A stretch of 64,000 nucleotides of DNA, taken from a virus. Both the position numbers and the translations under genes were made by a program. A model generated the notes under the pieces. The model was not told where the DNA came from and ran no database searches. It worked only from the letters and a program-made list of their open reading frames with translations. Of this stretch, positions 46,189-56,381 are shown piece by piece (within the stretch, counting starts at the first letter, position 1; every line of letters starts with the position of its first letter). The DNA is taken from IMG/VR virus record IMGVR_UViG_3300035183_000733, positions 26,496 through 90,495 of that record; one strand, written 5' to 3'.

Positions 46189-47727
46189 TTATAGTCCGAG
46201 GCTGTTTATTATCATAGCGAGTATACCAGCATCAAATCCGCTGAAACCAGAGGCGCCGGAGAACCCGCTCACGCCGGAGAACCCGCTCACGCCGGAGAAC
46301 CCTGAGGCGCCGAAGTATCCGCTGAAACCAGAGGTGCCCGATAAACCGCTCGTCCCACTCTCTCCCGAGAAACCGCTCGTCCCACTCTCTCCCGAGAATC
46401 CTGAGGCTCCGCTGAATCCTGAGACTCCTGAGTAACCGCTCAAACCAGAGGTGCCCGAGAAACCAGAGGCGCCCGAGAAACCGCTCACCCCGCTGAAACC
46501 CGAAAATCCAGAGGCTCCAACGAAAGACACCGGCGAGTGAACGTGTGTAGCGTTTGTAAACCCTTCAACGTATAGACTCACCGTTATATTAGACACAGAA
46601 GTGGTCTTAGCATAATACTTGACGAGTATCCTATCCGTGAGGTCGAGGTCGAACTCGCCCTGTAATATCTCTTTAGAATAGAGTGCTACGACCGCGCCGT
46701 TTATCTCGGCAGTCTCAGCACTGAATAAAGGTGTCTCCGTTCCGACGAAATCCCTCTTGTACACGCGTATAACTATTCGCGTGTCTCCAACTGGGTTGTC
46801 GACCGAAGAGTAAGTATCGAATATCCACGAACCACCAGATATGTAAAGCTGGTCTGGGTTAGACGGTAAGGTCAAGAATTGCTGGATAAGAACCTCGCCT
46901 GTCGTATTATTACACACCGCGGTGAATGAACTCTCTGGATCTATAGAATCGGGATTGATATTCAATTGCCTGAAACCAACTATATCAGAGGCATCGTTCC
47001 TCAGGTAGTATAATGCACCACCGGCTACACCATTGACGCCGGAAAATCCGGAAGCGCCGTCAACACCAGAAAATCCAGAAAATCCAGAGACTCCGGACAT
47101 ACCATCCTGTCCATAGTAACCTGATGAACCTGATATTCCGCTGAACCCGGACGTCCCGCTCGCTCCGCTCACACCCGATATGCCACTTGCGCCGGACTCA
47201 CCAGAGAAACCCGACGTACCGGAGAATCCTGATACTCCGCTGAATCCGCTCACACCACTGAACCCTGATACGCCCGATGATCCACTCGTGCCGCTTAGAC
47301 CAGATGTGCCGGAAAACCCACTCGTTCCGGAAGTACCGCTGAATCCAGACGTGCCGGAGAATCCTGATACTCCGCTGAATCCGCTCACACCGCTGAACCC
47401 TGATACGCCCGAGAAACCACTCACGCCCGAAGTACCACTCAATCCGGACGTTCCGGAAATACCGGAAGTGCCGGAGAACCCGGAGGTTCCACTGAATCCT
47501 GAAGTTCCACTCGCGCCGACAAAACTGCCGCTATCGAGCCACTTGACCCCGTCGCCAGTGGTCATAAGTATTTGGCCGGATATACCGGACGAGCCGTCGC
47601 CGTCGACGAGCGTCGAATTAAGCGCCAGAGGTCCGGACATTGCATCACCCGCCTTGTTCAACTTTGAATCAAGATCGGCCTGCAGTCCATCTATCTGTCG
47701 AATGGGTATTTGACTTTTTGGTGTCAT
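46189..47727 (-). CDS. tail-fibre protein with collagen-like GXS tracts
   Basis: N-terminus ..[16 protein letters not shown].. then two GXS tracts around a globular domain. Confidence 0.7.
   Translation of the reverse strand: MTPKSQIPIRQIDGLQADLDSKLNKAGDAMSGPLALNSTLVDGDGSSGISGQILMTTGDGVKWLDSGSFVGASGTSGFSGTSGFSGTSGISGTSGLSGTSGVSGFSGVSGFSGVSGFSGVSGFSGTSGFSGTSGTSGFSGTSGLSGTSGSSGVSGFSGVSGFSGVSGFSGTSGFSGESGASGISGVSGASGTSGFSGISGSSGYYGQDGMSGVSGFSGFSGVDGASGFSGVNGVAGGALYYLRNDASDIVGFRQLNINPDSIDPESSFTAVCNNTTGEVLIQQFLTLPSNPDQLYISGGSWIFDTYSSVDNPVGDTRIVIRVYKRDFVGTETPLFSAETAEINGAVVALYSKEILQGEFDLDLTDRILVKYYAKTTSVSNITVSLYVEGFTNATHVHSPVSFVGASGFSGFSGVSGFSGASGFSGTSGLSGYSGVSGFSGASGFSGESGTSGFSGESGTSGLSGTSGFSGYFGASGFSGVSGFSGVSGFSGASGFSGFDAGILAMIINSLGL
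47180..47440. repeat. about 135-nt in-frame tandem duplication inside the fibre gene
   Basis: gtgccggagaatcctgatactccgctgaatccgctcacacc.ctgaaccctgatacgcccga occurs at 47213 and 47348. Confidence 0.7.
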
Positions 47728-47827
47728 TAAAATATCGTTGCATTCGAAACCTTTCGGCTCTTTTTATATATCTAAAACATAACGCTTCAGACAGGCGATA
47801 TATACTAAAACCAATAATCAGGAACGC

Positions 47828-48541
47828 ATGCTGAAAGTTCTCACACCTACGTGGTTTTTGAAACCTCCATTCGACTTCGAACACAAGCAATACGTCCTGC
47901 TCGCCTACATACGGGACGCCAATAAGGCATTCGAGACCAACAAGCTCGAACCGTACTTCGACGACGTAAGGGCGCAGCTAAAGAATATGGAGTGCTACAG
48001 CTCGATCCGAGGACTCCTGAAAAGGGAGGGCGACGAGTTCACCGAGGAGGATCTGAAGACCATAGATTACGTGTCCATGCTGCCGGATAACCACCCAGAT
48101 CGGATGGAGGTCGACAAGATAGTAAAGTGGTCGGTGCTGCAACTAAAGGACCTGCAGAGGCACGGATCAGACGTCTGGAAGCACATAGAGAACTGCCTGG
48201 CGATGTCGTTCATCGGCAACAAACCAAAGAAGGTGAGGGGTGGGTACATGTTCATACGGTACCCCGGCTCCTGGATAGTGGAGACGTACAAGTTTTGGGT
48301 GGATAAGGACCAAGTGAAGTCGGAGCTCATAGGGTTCGACGAGAACGAGTCGCCCAAGTACTCAGACGTCATGGCTAAGTACTCAGGCGTGCACGAGGAC
48401 TACGCATACATATCGGTTGAGCCCACCAAACCATTTGACACAAAAGACGGGCTGCTACCTGTGGTACACCAGGTGATCAAGTCCAAAGTAATAACCAAGA
48501 CGTCTTCTTCAAAGGAGGACAGCGAGAAGTGGAGAATGTAA
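47828..48541 (+). CDS. hypothetical protein
   Basis: ORF followed by a bidirectional terminator. Confidence 0.55.
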   Translation: MLKVLTPTWFLKPPFDFEHKQYVLLAYIRDANKAFETNKLEPYFDDVRAQLKNMECYSSIRGLLKREGDEFTEEDLKTIDYVSMLPDNHPDRMEVDKIVKWSVLQLKDLQRHGSDVWKHIENCLAMSFIGNKPKKVRGGYMFIRYPGSWIVETYKFWVDKDQVKSELIGFDENESPKYSDVMAKYSGVHEDYAYISVEPTKPFDTKDGLLPVVHQVIKSKVITKTSSSKEDSEKWRM

Positions 48542-48542
48542 A

Positions 48543-48566
48543 AAGCCGGCTAAAAACCGGCTTTTA
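48543..48566. terminator. bidirectional rho-independent terminator
   Basis: AAAAGCCGGCT-aaaa-ACCGGCTTTTAAA between convergent genes. Confidence 0.65.
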
Positions 48567-48568
48567 AA

Positions 48569-49522
48569 TTATTCTTGCTCCAGACCCGCAGGGTTATCCT
48601 TGCCGTATTCGTCCTTCAGTCCCGACCAGTAGTCGTCCCACTTTCTCGTGTAGTAGTCGTCCTTGTCCTTCATGAAGTTGATGAACTCATCGTTCACGTA
48701 CTTTTCTTTTTCCTTCTTGAAATCGTCAATGGTGATCTCGAGGTCGTTGTTGTCTATGTACTCCTGTATCTCCTCATCAACCTCATCCGCATCTATATCG
48801 TTCTCGAGAAGCTCATCCTTTATGTAAGCGTCGAAGTTCTCATTGACCATGTCAAACACATTGGTGTAGAACTCTACGAAAGTGGCCGTGGCCGTGAGCT
48901 GTGGCTTGACGTCATCTATCAATTTAGCAACCTGAGAATCAAAGTTCAACTCGAACTCCTCCGCACGCCCGCTGCCGGATGACAGCGTGATCGAGTCGTA
49001 GTGACCGTTATTGTACCTGGCAGCATCGCTGCCGATGATGAGATCACCCTTCTCGAACTCGCCGCGTATGTAACCGGCGAAGTGCACCTCCCTGTAGTTA
49101 TTGAAACTTATATTGAACGTTACGTTGAGTACGAGCTCCGGTTGCGCTATGAACAGGTCGCCCAGTTTCTTCACGTCTTCTCTCGCCGCTTCTTCTATAC
49201 CGAGATCGTCGAACAGTCCACTGTAGTCCGAGACGGACCCTATAGGTATCTGCCTTATCTTATTCTCGAGCTTGTCCAGCTTGAGGTCGAGTCCGCTCTT
49301 GAGCATCCAGGTGCCGACTTCGTCCATGCCGTCGTCGTATCCCTCCGCGTCGAACGTGTCCGCCATCTCAATTTTCTTGCTGACCTCTGTGAGTCCTGAT
49401 GCGGACAGCTCGAGAATTAGATTGACGTCGACATCCGTCCTGAAGTCGATGCCCGCCCCTCCGCCCTCGTTGAGACGGTAACTCTCGTTTACAAATTCGT
49501 TGAATCCGAATATCCTTTTCAT
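48569..49522 (-). CDS. acidic hypothetical protein (318 aa)
   Basis: start reset to Met 74 (MKRIFGFNEF); the listed N-terminus overlaps the upstream gene. Confidence 0.5.
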   Translation of the reverse strand: MKRIFGFNEFVNESYRLNEGGGAGIDFRTDVDVNLILELSASGLTEVSKKIEMADTFDAEGYDDGMDEVGTWMLKSGLDLKLDKLENKIRQIPIGSVSDYSGLFDDLGIEEAAREDVKKLGDLFIAQPELVLNVTFNISFNNYREVHFAGYIRGEFEKGDLIIGSDAARYNNGHYDSITLSSGSGRAEEFELNFDSQVAKLIDDVKPQLTATATFVEFYTNVFDMVNENFDAYIKDELLENDIDADEVDEEIQEYIDNNDLEITIDDFKKEKEKYVNDEFINFMKDKDDYYTRKWDDYWSGLKDEYGKDNPAGLEQE

Positions 49523-49539
49523 TTTTTGTCTTGTTTTTT

Positions 49540-49992
49540 TTATCGGCCGATGCCCTTCTTTAATTTTTTGTAGTCTTGTAGTAGCTTGTACGATATTAGC
49601 GCTGGGGCGAATACGCCGAAAAATCCACCAGCCGCCCAAGTTATCCAATCGGACTTGTCGCCGGTTATGAACGAGCCGAGGCCTATTGCCGCATTTAGGA
49701 ACAGACCTATTAGGTATGACAACCTCATGTAAATAAGCCACGGCCAGAACTCGTATCCGCCGGTATAGTCCTTCTGAACATCCACTGCGTAATCAATCTC
49801 TTCCTTGGTCCTCTTCTTGAAATTCATGGCACTATTCTTTTTCTTCAGGAGCTTCTCGACGTACCGTACCGATTCGACTGGTCCTATTATAGCGTCGGCC
49901 TTCATTATCCAGTTCAGTGTAGACTTCGGCTCCTGTTTGTATCTCTCCTTCATCTCCTTGACGTCGGGTAGAATAATCTTGTTGAATCCCAT
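49540..49992 (-). CDS. hypothetical membrane protein
   Basis: C-terminal hydrophobic helices. Confidence 0.45.
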   Translation of the reverse strand: MGFNKIILPDVKEMKERYKQEPKSTLNWIMKADAIIGPVESVRYVEKLLKKKNSAMNFKKRTKEEIDYAVDVQKDYTGGYEFWPWLIYMRLSYLIGLFLNAAIGLGSFITGDKSDWITWAAGGFFGVFAPALISYKLLQDYKKLKKGIGR

Positions 49993-49995
49993 TCT

Positions 49996-51072
49996 TTATT
50001 TTTTGTAAACTGAGCTGGAGTCGTCCTTGATCTTCATCATTATCTCCGTGCACACGACCGTCATGGCGAGCGCCTCAATTAAAGTTAGTATCTCTTTGTT
50101 CATAGGCAAGAACTTGAGCACACCTTCGGACTTCAGGATCTGGTCCTTCATGTCGCCTGGTATCGTATTGTTCCTGTACTTAACAACCTCCTCCATTACT
50201 ATGGGGAGCATTGCGTATTTCTTCGTGGATGGCCCGCCTGCGTCGGCAGTGTACTTGATGTACGCCTCGGCGAATTTCTCTGGTGTGGTGCCGTCAAAAC
50301 TCCTGACAGCACTTATGGATTTAAACGGCTCGGCGTCCTTCAGCTGGTCGGTTATGTCGTCCATGAACGCCCACAGAGCCTGGTTGTCCTCATTAAGCTT
50401 CGTAGGACTGAACTTCATTAGGGAAGTGTGAATATCTGCCGAAACCTCAAGTGACTCCTTCATAATAGCCTTTGAGTAGTTTTGAAGCAGTGCCTTGGAC
50501 ACAAGTCCTGGAAATACTTTTAGCCAGAACATGCTGACCTCCTTAAGTGCGGCGAGTTCTGCCGCTATGTTGTCGTTGAGATCGGTTCCCTCCTTGCGTA
50601 GTTGCTTTATGCGAGCGAACGCATCGGTCTTGGCCGGGTCGAGCTTTGTCTTGTAGAATCCGAGCGCGCGATCCCACGCTCTGAGAACAAGATCTGCAAG
50701 GTATTTGGAGAATGCACTTGCACTCTTCATTACCTTCTCGAGTTTGTCGATAGTTTCCTCCTTCACCTCAACTCCGTCCTCCTTCAACTTAGGGAGTACT
50801 TCGCGCATCCGGGTGAGGATGCTCTCGTTCAGCGCTTTGTTGTCGAGGCCGGCGGCCTTCATTGCGCTGTATATTCCCTTCTTGTCCGCCTCACTAAAGT
50901 ACGACGACTCCATCACGCCTTTCCAGACGAGTTTCTTCATCTTATCTTCTAATTTATTCATGGTCTGGTTGTTCTCGTGCACGGTTCTCACGGGTTGTAC
51001 GGCGACAGGAGAAACCTCTTCCGGCTTCTTCCTGTCGTTATTGAAATCGTCAAATTTTAGGAGTCTACTCAT
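49996..51072 (-). CDS. hypothetical protein (358 aa)
   Basis: ORF. Confidence 0.55.
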   Translation of the reverse strand: MSRLLKFDDFNNDRKKPEEVSPVAVQPVRTVHENNQTMNKLEDKMKKLVWKGVMESSYFSEADKKGIYSAMKAAGLDNKALNESILTRMREVLPKLKEDGVEVKEETIDKLEKVMKSASAFSKYLADLVLRAWDRALGFYKTKLDPAKTDAFARIKQLRKEGTDLNDNIAAELAALKEVSMFWLKVFPGLVSKALLQNYSKAIMKESLEVSADIHTSLMKFSPTKLNEDNQALWAFMDDITDQLKDAEPFKSISAVRSFDGTTPEKFAEAYIKYTADAGGPSTKKYAMLPIVMEEVVKYRNNTIPGDMKDQILKSEGVLKFLPMNKEILTLIEALAMTVVCTEIMMKIKDDSSSVYKK

Positions 51073-51481
51073 TACTTCTCTGTTTCTTCGTCCTATCCTC
51101 AGGCTTCACCGACTCGTCGATGTCCGAACCAACGATAGTGGCCGTGTTAACTATAACTTCGTTTGGCGTAGCGCCCTTACCGAGACCCTTACCCTGTGTG
51201 ATGACCTCGACCCTGTTGTTCTTGGTCTGGTCGAACAGATGCACGCGGTTGGCGTTCATGCGGTCGTTAACGTTGGCTTCCTGCGCATTGTGCGGAATAC
51301 CAAAAGCCTTGTAGGGGTTAGCGTCATTCCTGACATAAGACCCCTCGGCCTTTATCTTGTGGGTTCCGGGGTGAGCGTCCTCGCCGTTCTTCAGCATGAC
51401 GGTTTTCCTCGCCTGGTCGTATGCTTCGACAAACTCGTCGAATGACCACACGTCCCTTTTCTTGATGTTCTTCTGATCCAT
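51065..51481 (-). CDS. hypothetical protein
   Basis: ORF. Confidence 0.45.
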   Translation of the reverse strand: MDQKNIKKRDVWSFDEFVEAYDQARKTVMLKNGEDAHPGTHKIKAEGSYVRNDANPYKAFGIPHNAQEANVNDRMNANRVHLFDQTKNNRVEVITQGKGLGKGATPNEVIVNTATIVGSDIDESVKPEDRTKKQRSNE

Positions 51482-51591
51482 TTACAAATGGGGTTCTTTT
51501 ACTTTTTATATATATCCAGTCATTTAGTTTCGTTCTGAGCTTTTATCCGAGGGGGCTTCCAAATGTCAAGTATTTTCGCTTTCTTTACAGC

Positions 51592-52167
51592 ATGAATGAA
51601 GCAAGTAAAATAATCATCGTGGAGGGGGCCAAAAACGTAGGAAAGACCTACCTAATGGAAACCTCGGGCATCCCGAGCTACAAATTTCCCTTCGCCGGTT
51701 ACTTCAACACGTTCCTCAAGGACAACACGGACAGCATGGGCACCGGGGACAAAACAACCTATCATTTCACCACATCGTTCGACGTGACAATCATGTCGAT
51801 GGCCAAGCAGGGTCTCATCTGGGGACCGAGACTGCTCGTGGACCGAGGGTTCCTGTCTAATATCGTGCTGGGTGTCGTCCAAAAAAGGATAACCGACGAG
51901 GATGCGTACGCATACATGGACTTCCTGCGCAGAGAGGGATATATTGGCAGCAACGTCAGAGTCTTGTACATCAAGCGTGGAAATTCACCTGGCGGGCGTG
52001 ATATGCCGAAAGACCAGTGGGAATACCTGACGTACGAGGACGTTCACAACAAATACTTGTTGTACATTGAATACCTGAGGGAGAAGTTTAGCTTTGATGT
52101 CGAGATATTCGAGAACACTTTTGACGGCGAGGCCGTCGTAAAATTCGCAGAGCTATGTCTAAAATAA
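51592..52167 (+). CDS. P-loop nucleotide kinase (dNMP / thymidylate-kinase-like)
   Basis: IIVEGAKNVGKTY Walker A and DRGFLSN motif. Confidence 0.5.
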   Translation: MNEASKIIIVEGAKNVGKTYLMETSGIPSYKFPFAGYFNTFLKDNTDSMGTGDKTTYHFTTSFDVTIMSMAKQGLIWGPRLLVDRGFLSNIVLGVVQKRITDEDAYAYMDFLRREGYIGSNVRVLYIKRGNSPGGRDMPKDQWEYLTYEDVHNKYLLYIEYLREKFSFDVEIFENTFDGEAVVKFAELCLK

Positions 52168-52196
52168 GAAAACCGGCTTCTGGCCGGTCTCCTCAC

Positions 52197-52505
52197 TCAC
52201 ACGAACGGGTTTCGCCCGTCCGCAATCTTGTACCAAGTCTTACCGCCGGATTCACGAGTCTTCTCAAAGGTCCCGTCCGACAGCATCTCGTTTATGTGCT
52301 TCTCGTGCTTGGTTCCCTTCCAGCTTGCAACGCCGGCAGCGTCACACCATATCCCGTTGAACGTCTGCTCTGAGAACTCTTGCGCCTTCATGTTCTTGAG
52401 AACATAGACGTAGAGTTCATACATCACATCCATCTTGGTCGGGTAACCCCGACGAGTCTTCCACATTCCGAGTAGGTACTTGAATGGTACTTTGTCAGTA
52501 TTCAT
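52197..52505 (-). CDS. hypothetical protein
   Basis: ORF abutting uvsX. Confidence 0.4.
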   Translation of the reverse strand: MNTDKVPFKYLLGMWKTRRGYPTKMDVMYELYVYVLKNMKAQEFSEQTFNGIWCDAAGVASWKGTKHEKHINEMLSDGTFEKTRESGGKTWYKIADGRNPFV

Positions 52506-53782
52506 TACTCAGTGTCGATTTGTTTGTCAAACTCCGTTAGGTCCTCACTGTCAACGTGGTCTGGGAACTTGAACTCGTTCTGAATTACGTTCTCGTCGAG
52601 CTGTTTGATCACCTCATGAGTGAATACGAGCTTGTTGAACAGCTGGCTACCGCTTGATAGCGATTTGCCGAGGTGCTTCACACACCAGCGCCCTGTGTCC
52701 TTTTGCACGAACACGAGCTCCTCCGTGATAGTCTTCTTGATCTCCCCGGTCTCCTTGTCTACGTCGTCGTACGTGTATGTGAACGGATGGCCGTTCTTTA
52801 CGCCTTCCTTCTCCGCCTCCTTCTTAGTGTAGATCTTGCCCCTGTCGATTCCGCACGCCTCCCAGTTCACGTACTCCTCAAGTCCAACATAAGGGTTCAT
52901 ACCGCCAACGAAACTGACGTGCATGCTTATGTTCTTCGGGATCACGTTCCTGCTCTTGCGCGGACGGACGTTAAGGATTACTCCGGTCTTAACCTTGTCC
53001 ACTCCCTCGGTCTCGAACTTCTTAGACATAAATAGGAGCGAAGACATTGCGAATATCGGACCATCGCCACCGGCAGACTCTTTAGTAGGGCCTGTGTAAG
53101 AACCGATACCACCTATGGTCGTGTGGTTGGTGCAAATCAATGGGATCTTGTTAGCGGCGAGGTCGAGCGTTATGGCGCGGAACATCGCGCGGAGCTGCTT
53201 GGCTTTGAGACCCATATCCATCGCGGTCTTGCCTTCGAGCGCGTCGTTAATCTCCTTCTCAGTGCTCAACATACCGAGAGAGTCGAGGAACAGCGCGATC
53301 TTCGGGTTGTGGCCGGCCTCGCGAGCCTCCTGTACACCCTTGATCACCTGCATGGTGAATATCTTGAACTCGTTAACGGTCTTGATAGGCTGGTACCTCA
53401 TGCGCATCGTGTCGATGCCGAACTTCTTAACAGTCACGCGATCAACAGCAGCCTCCGTCTCGCAGTAGATGCAATCGTAGTTTGCTTTCTGAAACTCACG
53501 AACGAAGTTCAAGCACAAGTAGGTCTTGCCCGTCTCGGGATCCCCAACAAGACCGAGACTCCTGCTGTTCGGTATACCGCCGAGCAGCGAGCCCGACAGA
53601 ACCGCATTGAGTAGGTAGTTGCCCGTGTTTATGTACTCAGAAACCTCCGAAAAGGTGTTGTGCTCTATGACCGAACCAAGCTCGAAACCTGGTATCTTAC
53701 TGAGCTTCTTGTCAAAATCGAGGAAAGAAAATCCTCCACCTGAATTTGCCGCCGAAGCAGCTTCTGTTTTCTTCTTAGCCAT
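52505..53782 (-). CDS. uvsX: UvsX-like RecA-family recombinase
   Basis: Walker A GDPETGKT; FLDSLGMLSTEKE closely matches T4 UvsX FIDSLGNLASKKE; ICTNHT. Confidence 0.85.
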   Translation of the reverse strand: MAKKKTEAASAANSGGGFSFLDFDKKLSKIPGFELGSVIEHNTFSEVSEYINTGNYLLNAVLSGSLLGGIPNSRSLGLVGDPETGKTYLCLNFVREFQKANYDCIYCETEAAVDRVTVKKFGIDTMRMRYQPIKTVNEFKIFTMQVIKGVQEAREAGHNPKIALFLDSLGMLSTEKEINDALEGKTAMDMGLKAKQLRAMFRAITLDLAANKIPLICTNHTTIGGIGSYTGPTKESAGGDGPIFAMSSLLFMSKKFETEGVDKVKTGVILNVRPRKSRNVIPKNISMHVSFVGGMNPYVGLEEYVNWEACGIDRGKIYTKKEAEKEGVKNGHPFTYTYDDVDKETGEIKKTITEELVFVQKDTGRWCVKHLGKSLSSGSQLFNKLVFTHEVIKQLDENVIQNEFKFPDHVDSEDLTEFDKQIDTE

Positions 53783-53801
53783 CTTTGATAAACTTTGATT
53801 C

Positions 53802-54413
53802 TTATTTATTTGTGCTTGGGTTGTCTTTCTTTATTATTACGTGTCCTTGCTGCTTTGTTTCGGCAGGTTTATCGCCTTTAAAATCAAGGAAGAACTCGAT
53901 AGATTGCGGGGCACTCATCGGCTGCACAGGCACGATGTCGAGCCCTATGGTTTGCGCCTGGACGCGCCTGGACGCGCCTGACCATTGCAGCTTCACCTTG
54001 CGTGGGAATACCTGGCGCCATGCCTTCATGAACCGCAACACGTACTTGTTGGTGTACCACGAGTTGTTAACGTGAAGAACGAACGCGCCCCAGTTTGTCT
54101 TCGGCACCGGAACGTACTCGGTGTTGGTGCTGAATATGCCCCACGAGCTGTCAAAAATCTTTACGACCATCCTCGTCCAAGTGCTGTCGTCCTGGTTCCA
54201 CCTGTAAATCCTCGCGGACTTGCACATTTCGACGAACACGTGTTCCCTGTACTTGTACTCCCAGCGCTTGCCGGTTTTAGTCACGTACACGAAGTTGTCA
54301 GAATCCGCGTCTGCGTCCAGTGTCATAGGATTACTCGTCATCGGGCAATACAGACCTGTCGGCAGTATTACTCTGCGGTGGAACTTTAGGTATTTCTCTG
54401 CGATGTTGCTCAT
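53802..54413 (-). CDS. hypothetical protein
   Basis: ORF; contains a short gacgcgcctg x2.5 tandem. Confidence 0.5.
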   Translation of the reverse strand: MSNIAEKYLKFHRRVILPTGLYCPMTSNPMTLDADADSDNFVYVTKTGKRWEYKYREHVFVEMCKSARIYRWNQDDSTWTRMVVKIFDSSWGIFSTNTEYVPVPKTNWGAFVLHVNNSWYTNKYVLRFMKAWRQVFPRKVKLQWSGASRRVQAQTIGLDIVPVQPMSAPQSIEFFLDFKGDKPAETKQQGHVIIKKDNPSTNK

Positions 54414-55714
54414 GCGAATGGGTCGTAATCATTTAGGTTGTCCTCCGACTTATCGTCATCCGACTTCTTCAAGTCGGTGACGTCCGTCAAACGCTGAAGT
54501 CCAACCGGTATCTCGGTGTGTCCCATGGCCACCATGATCCTATTTATCGGGTCAAGAATAGTTTTAGAGAACTGCTCGTCGTAATCTATGGCAGGCGCGA
54601 ACTCGTACGGATACATACCCGGTATGTAAGCGAACACGTTCTCCTCCGCGTTCTTGTGCTTGGTTTTTGCGTAGTAGAACTTGACCTTGTCGCCAGCCCT
54701 GATGAGCTGGTACTTAGACTTGTACTTGGACTGATTAAGGGTGAAGTTGTAGTAACCAGAAGCGCGGACGTGAATAGGTGTCTGCTTGCCAGTCTCGAAT
54801 GCAGTTGTGTCATTCAGGATGTACTTCCCGTAGTCGTTGATGCTCCGGCCCATCGAGATCTTCTCAGGGTCCGCCATCTTGAACTCCTCCTTTATTTTTC
54901 GGAGAATCGTCACCATCTCGTTCTTGTTCAAAGACTTCTTCTTAGTGAACACATATTTCACCAGCTCCTTGAGCTTCTCGCGAGCGAACGCCGGTGTCGA
55001 ACTCTGCGCCAACTCAACTCCCTTAAATATAATGTGAGACAGAGACTCCATGGCTATGCCGGACTCCCACACCTCGTTTATCAGGTATTTCTTCTTAGCG
55101 AGCCATATACCGGACTCGGAGATGTTTTCAAGCTCAAAGTCCATGTGGTTCTTGGTGTTCCACTTCTCAGCGTACTTATCGAAGCACTTGTTGAGATAGG
55201 AGGCGAGCCTGTGCTCGTTGATTTCGAGTATGAGTTGCTTTGGGTCCCCGGTCCAATTACACGACTCCACAACCTCCTCAAACGACACGTAGCAAGAATC
55301 CGTATCCGAATAGATGTTCACTGGGCGCTTCACCTGCCTAACCTCGTAGTCTATGCCAAGCTTCGCGTGAAGCTCCGTATCCTTATGCCAAAATTCGTTG
55401 AAGTACTGGTTGAGCCTCTCCTCAGCGTACTTGATGAGGTTTTGACCCTGCAACGTGATGGTCTCCGCAACCTCAGGGTTGAAGCACACCAGCCACTTGT
55501 TACCGAGCGCCCCGTATATGGAGTTGATGGTTAGCTTGATGGCCTGTTCCTCGTTTTTCCATTCGTTGGAGAGCTGCTTCATGCGCTCTATCTCCGCCTT
55601 GATTTCTTCTACGGTGGCGGTGGAAGGATCTATAGTAGTGTATGTAAACATCGAGAATATTTTGTTAATTTTATGGTGTTCAAATTGATTTGTTTCTCGT
55701 GGATTTCCAACCAA
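54410..55714 (-). CDS. family-B DNA polymerase, C-terminal portion only (motif B, motif C, thumb)
   Basis: KLTINSIYGALGNK (motif B) and IYSDTDSCYV (motif C); ORF opens with TTG 75 aa before motif B with TAA just upstream; no exonuclease or motif A. Confidence 0.8.
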   Translation of the reverse strand: MVGNPRETNQFEHHKINKIFSMFTYTTIDPSTATVEEIKAEIERMKQLSNEWKNEEQAIKLTINSIYGALGNKWLVCFNPEVAETITLQGQNLIKYAEERLNQYFNEFWHKDTELHAKLGIDYEVRQVKRPVNIYSDTDSCYVSFEEVVESCNWTGDPKQLILEINEHRLASYLNKCFDKYAEKWNTKNHMDFELENISESGIWLAKKKYLINEVWESGIAMESLSHIIFKGVELAQSSTPAFAREKLKELVKYVFTKKKSLNKNEMVTILRKIKEEFKMADPEKISMGRSINDYGKYILNDTTAFETGKQTPIHVRASGYYNFTLNQSKYKSKYQLIRAGDKVKFYYAKTKHKNAEENVFAYIPGMYPYEFAPAIDYDEQFSKTILDPINRIMVAMGHTEIPVGLQRLTDVTDLKKSDDDKSEDNLNDYDPFA

Positions 55715-56097
55715 CAGAAGATGAAAACTATCTTACGCACCGGATGACGTCAGGTCGCGTTGAGATAGGTGTGTACCGCGTAATTTTCGGGTACAGGGTC
55801 AGAGCCGGCTACGTCGGCTCAGGGTTTTACCACATAGACTACTGTTGCGGGGCAGACCAAGATTGGATTAGACGGGTGTATGCTGCCGTGCTTACCGTGC
55901 TTACTGCACGCGAAGAGCAAGATGCCTTCAAGGGGTTCCCGTCACAGACATACAAGCCAATGTCAGAGGATTATGTCTGTTTCGTAAGCCTGTGCCAAAT
56001 GATGAAGGGCGTCCCACCGGTGAAAGTCGAAATTAACGTCCCGCCTGTGGATAAGAACAAAATATTCAGCATTGAGTCGATGTTCAATGTTCAATGA
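55690..56097 (+). CDS. hypothetical ORF in the polymerase-proximal gap (low confidence)
   Basis: ORF only. Confidence 0.25.
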   Translation: MFLVDFQPTEDENYLTHRMTSGRVEIGVYRVIFGYRVRAGYVGSGFYHIDYCCGADQDWIRRVYAAVLTVLTAREEQDAFKGFPSQTYKPMSEDYVCFVSLCQMMKGVPPVKVEINVPPVDKNKIFSIESMFNVQ

Positions 56098-56354
56098 ATA
56101 AATCGGTGAAGATACAGATACTCGAGTATTTGGGGCATTTCATGTTGTGTTGTGGACACAGACTTGTCCGGTGGAGAAGAAGACACTAAATATAGTGAAA
56201 CAAAAGTTAGGTGTGTAAACGTATCAGACGAGCCTTAAGGTATCCTAAGTGAGGTGTCCGTTGGACTGCGGCTAAGCGTAGCTAAAATATCTTAGATTTC
56301 CGGGAATCTGAGACTATTTTCTTACGTTCGAAAATGGAAAATGTATAAATTAAG

Positions 56355-56380
56355 AAGCCGACAAATAAGTCGGCTTTTTC
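56355..56380. terminator. rho-independent terminator
   Basis: AAGCCGAC-aaataa-GTCGGCTTTTTC. Confidence 0.55.
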
Positions 56381-56381
56381 T

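Noticed and set aside
53950-53976. Short tandem gacgcgcctg x2.5
   Set aside because: Too short to be significant; it lies inside a coding region.
56098-56381. Group I intron in the polymerase gap
   Set aside because: I could not identify P/Q/R/S or P7 elements by eye, so this is left as a check item only.
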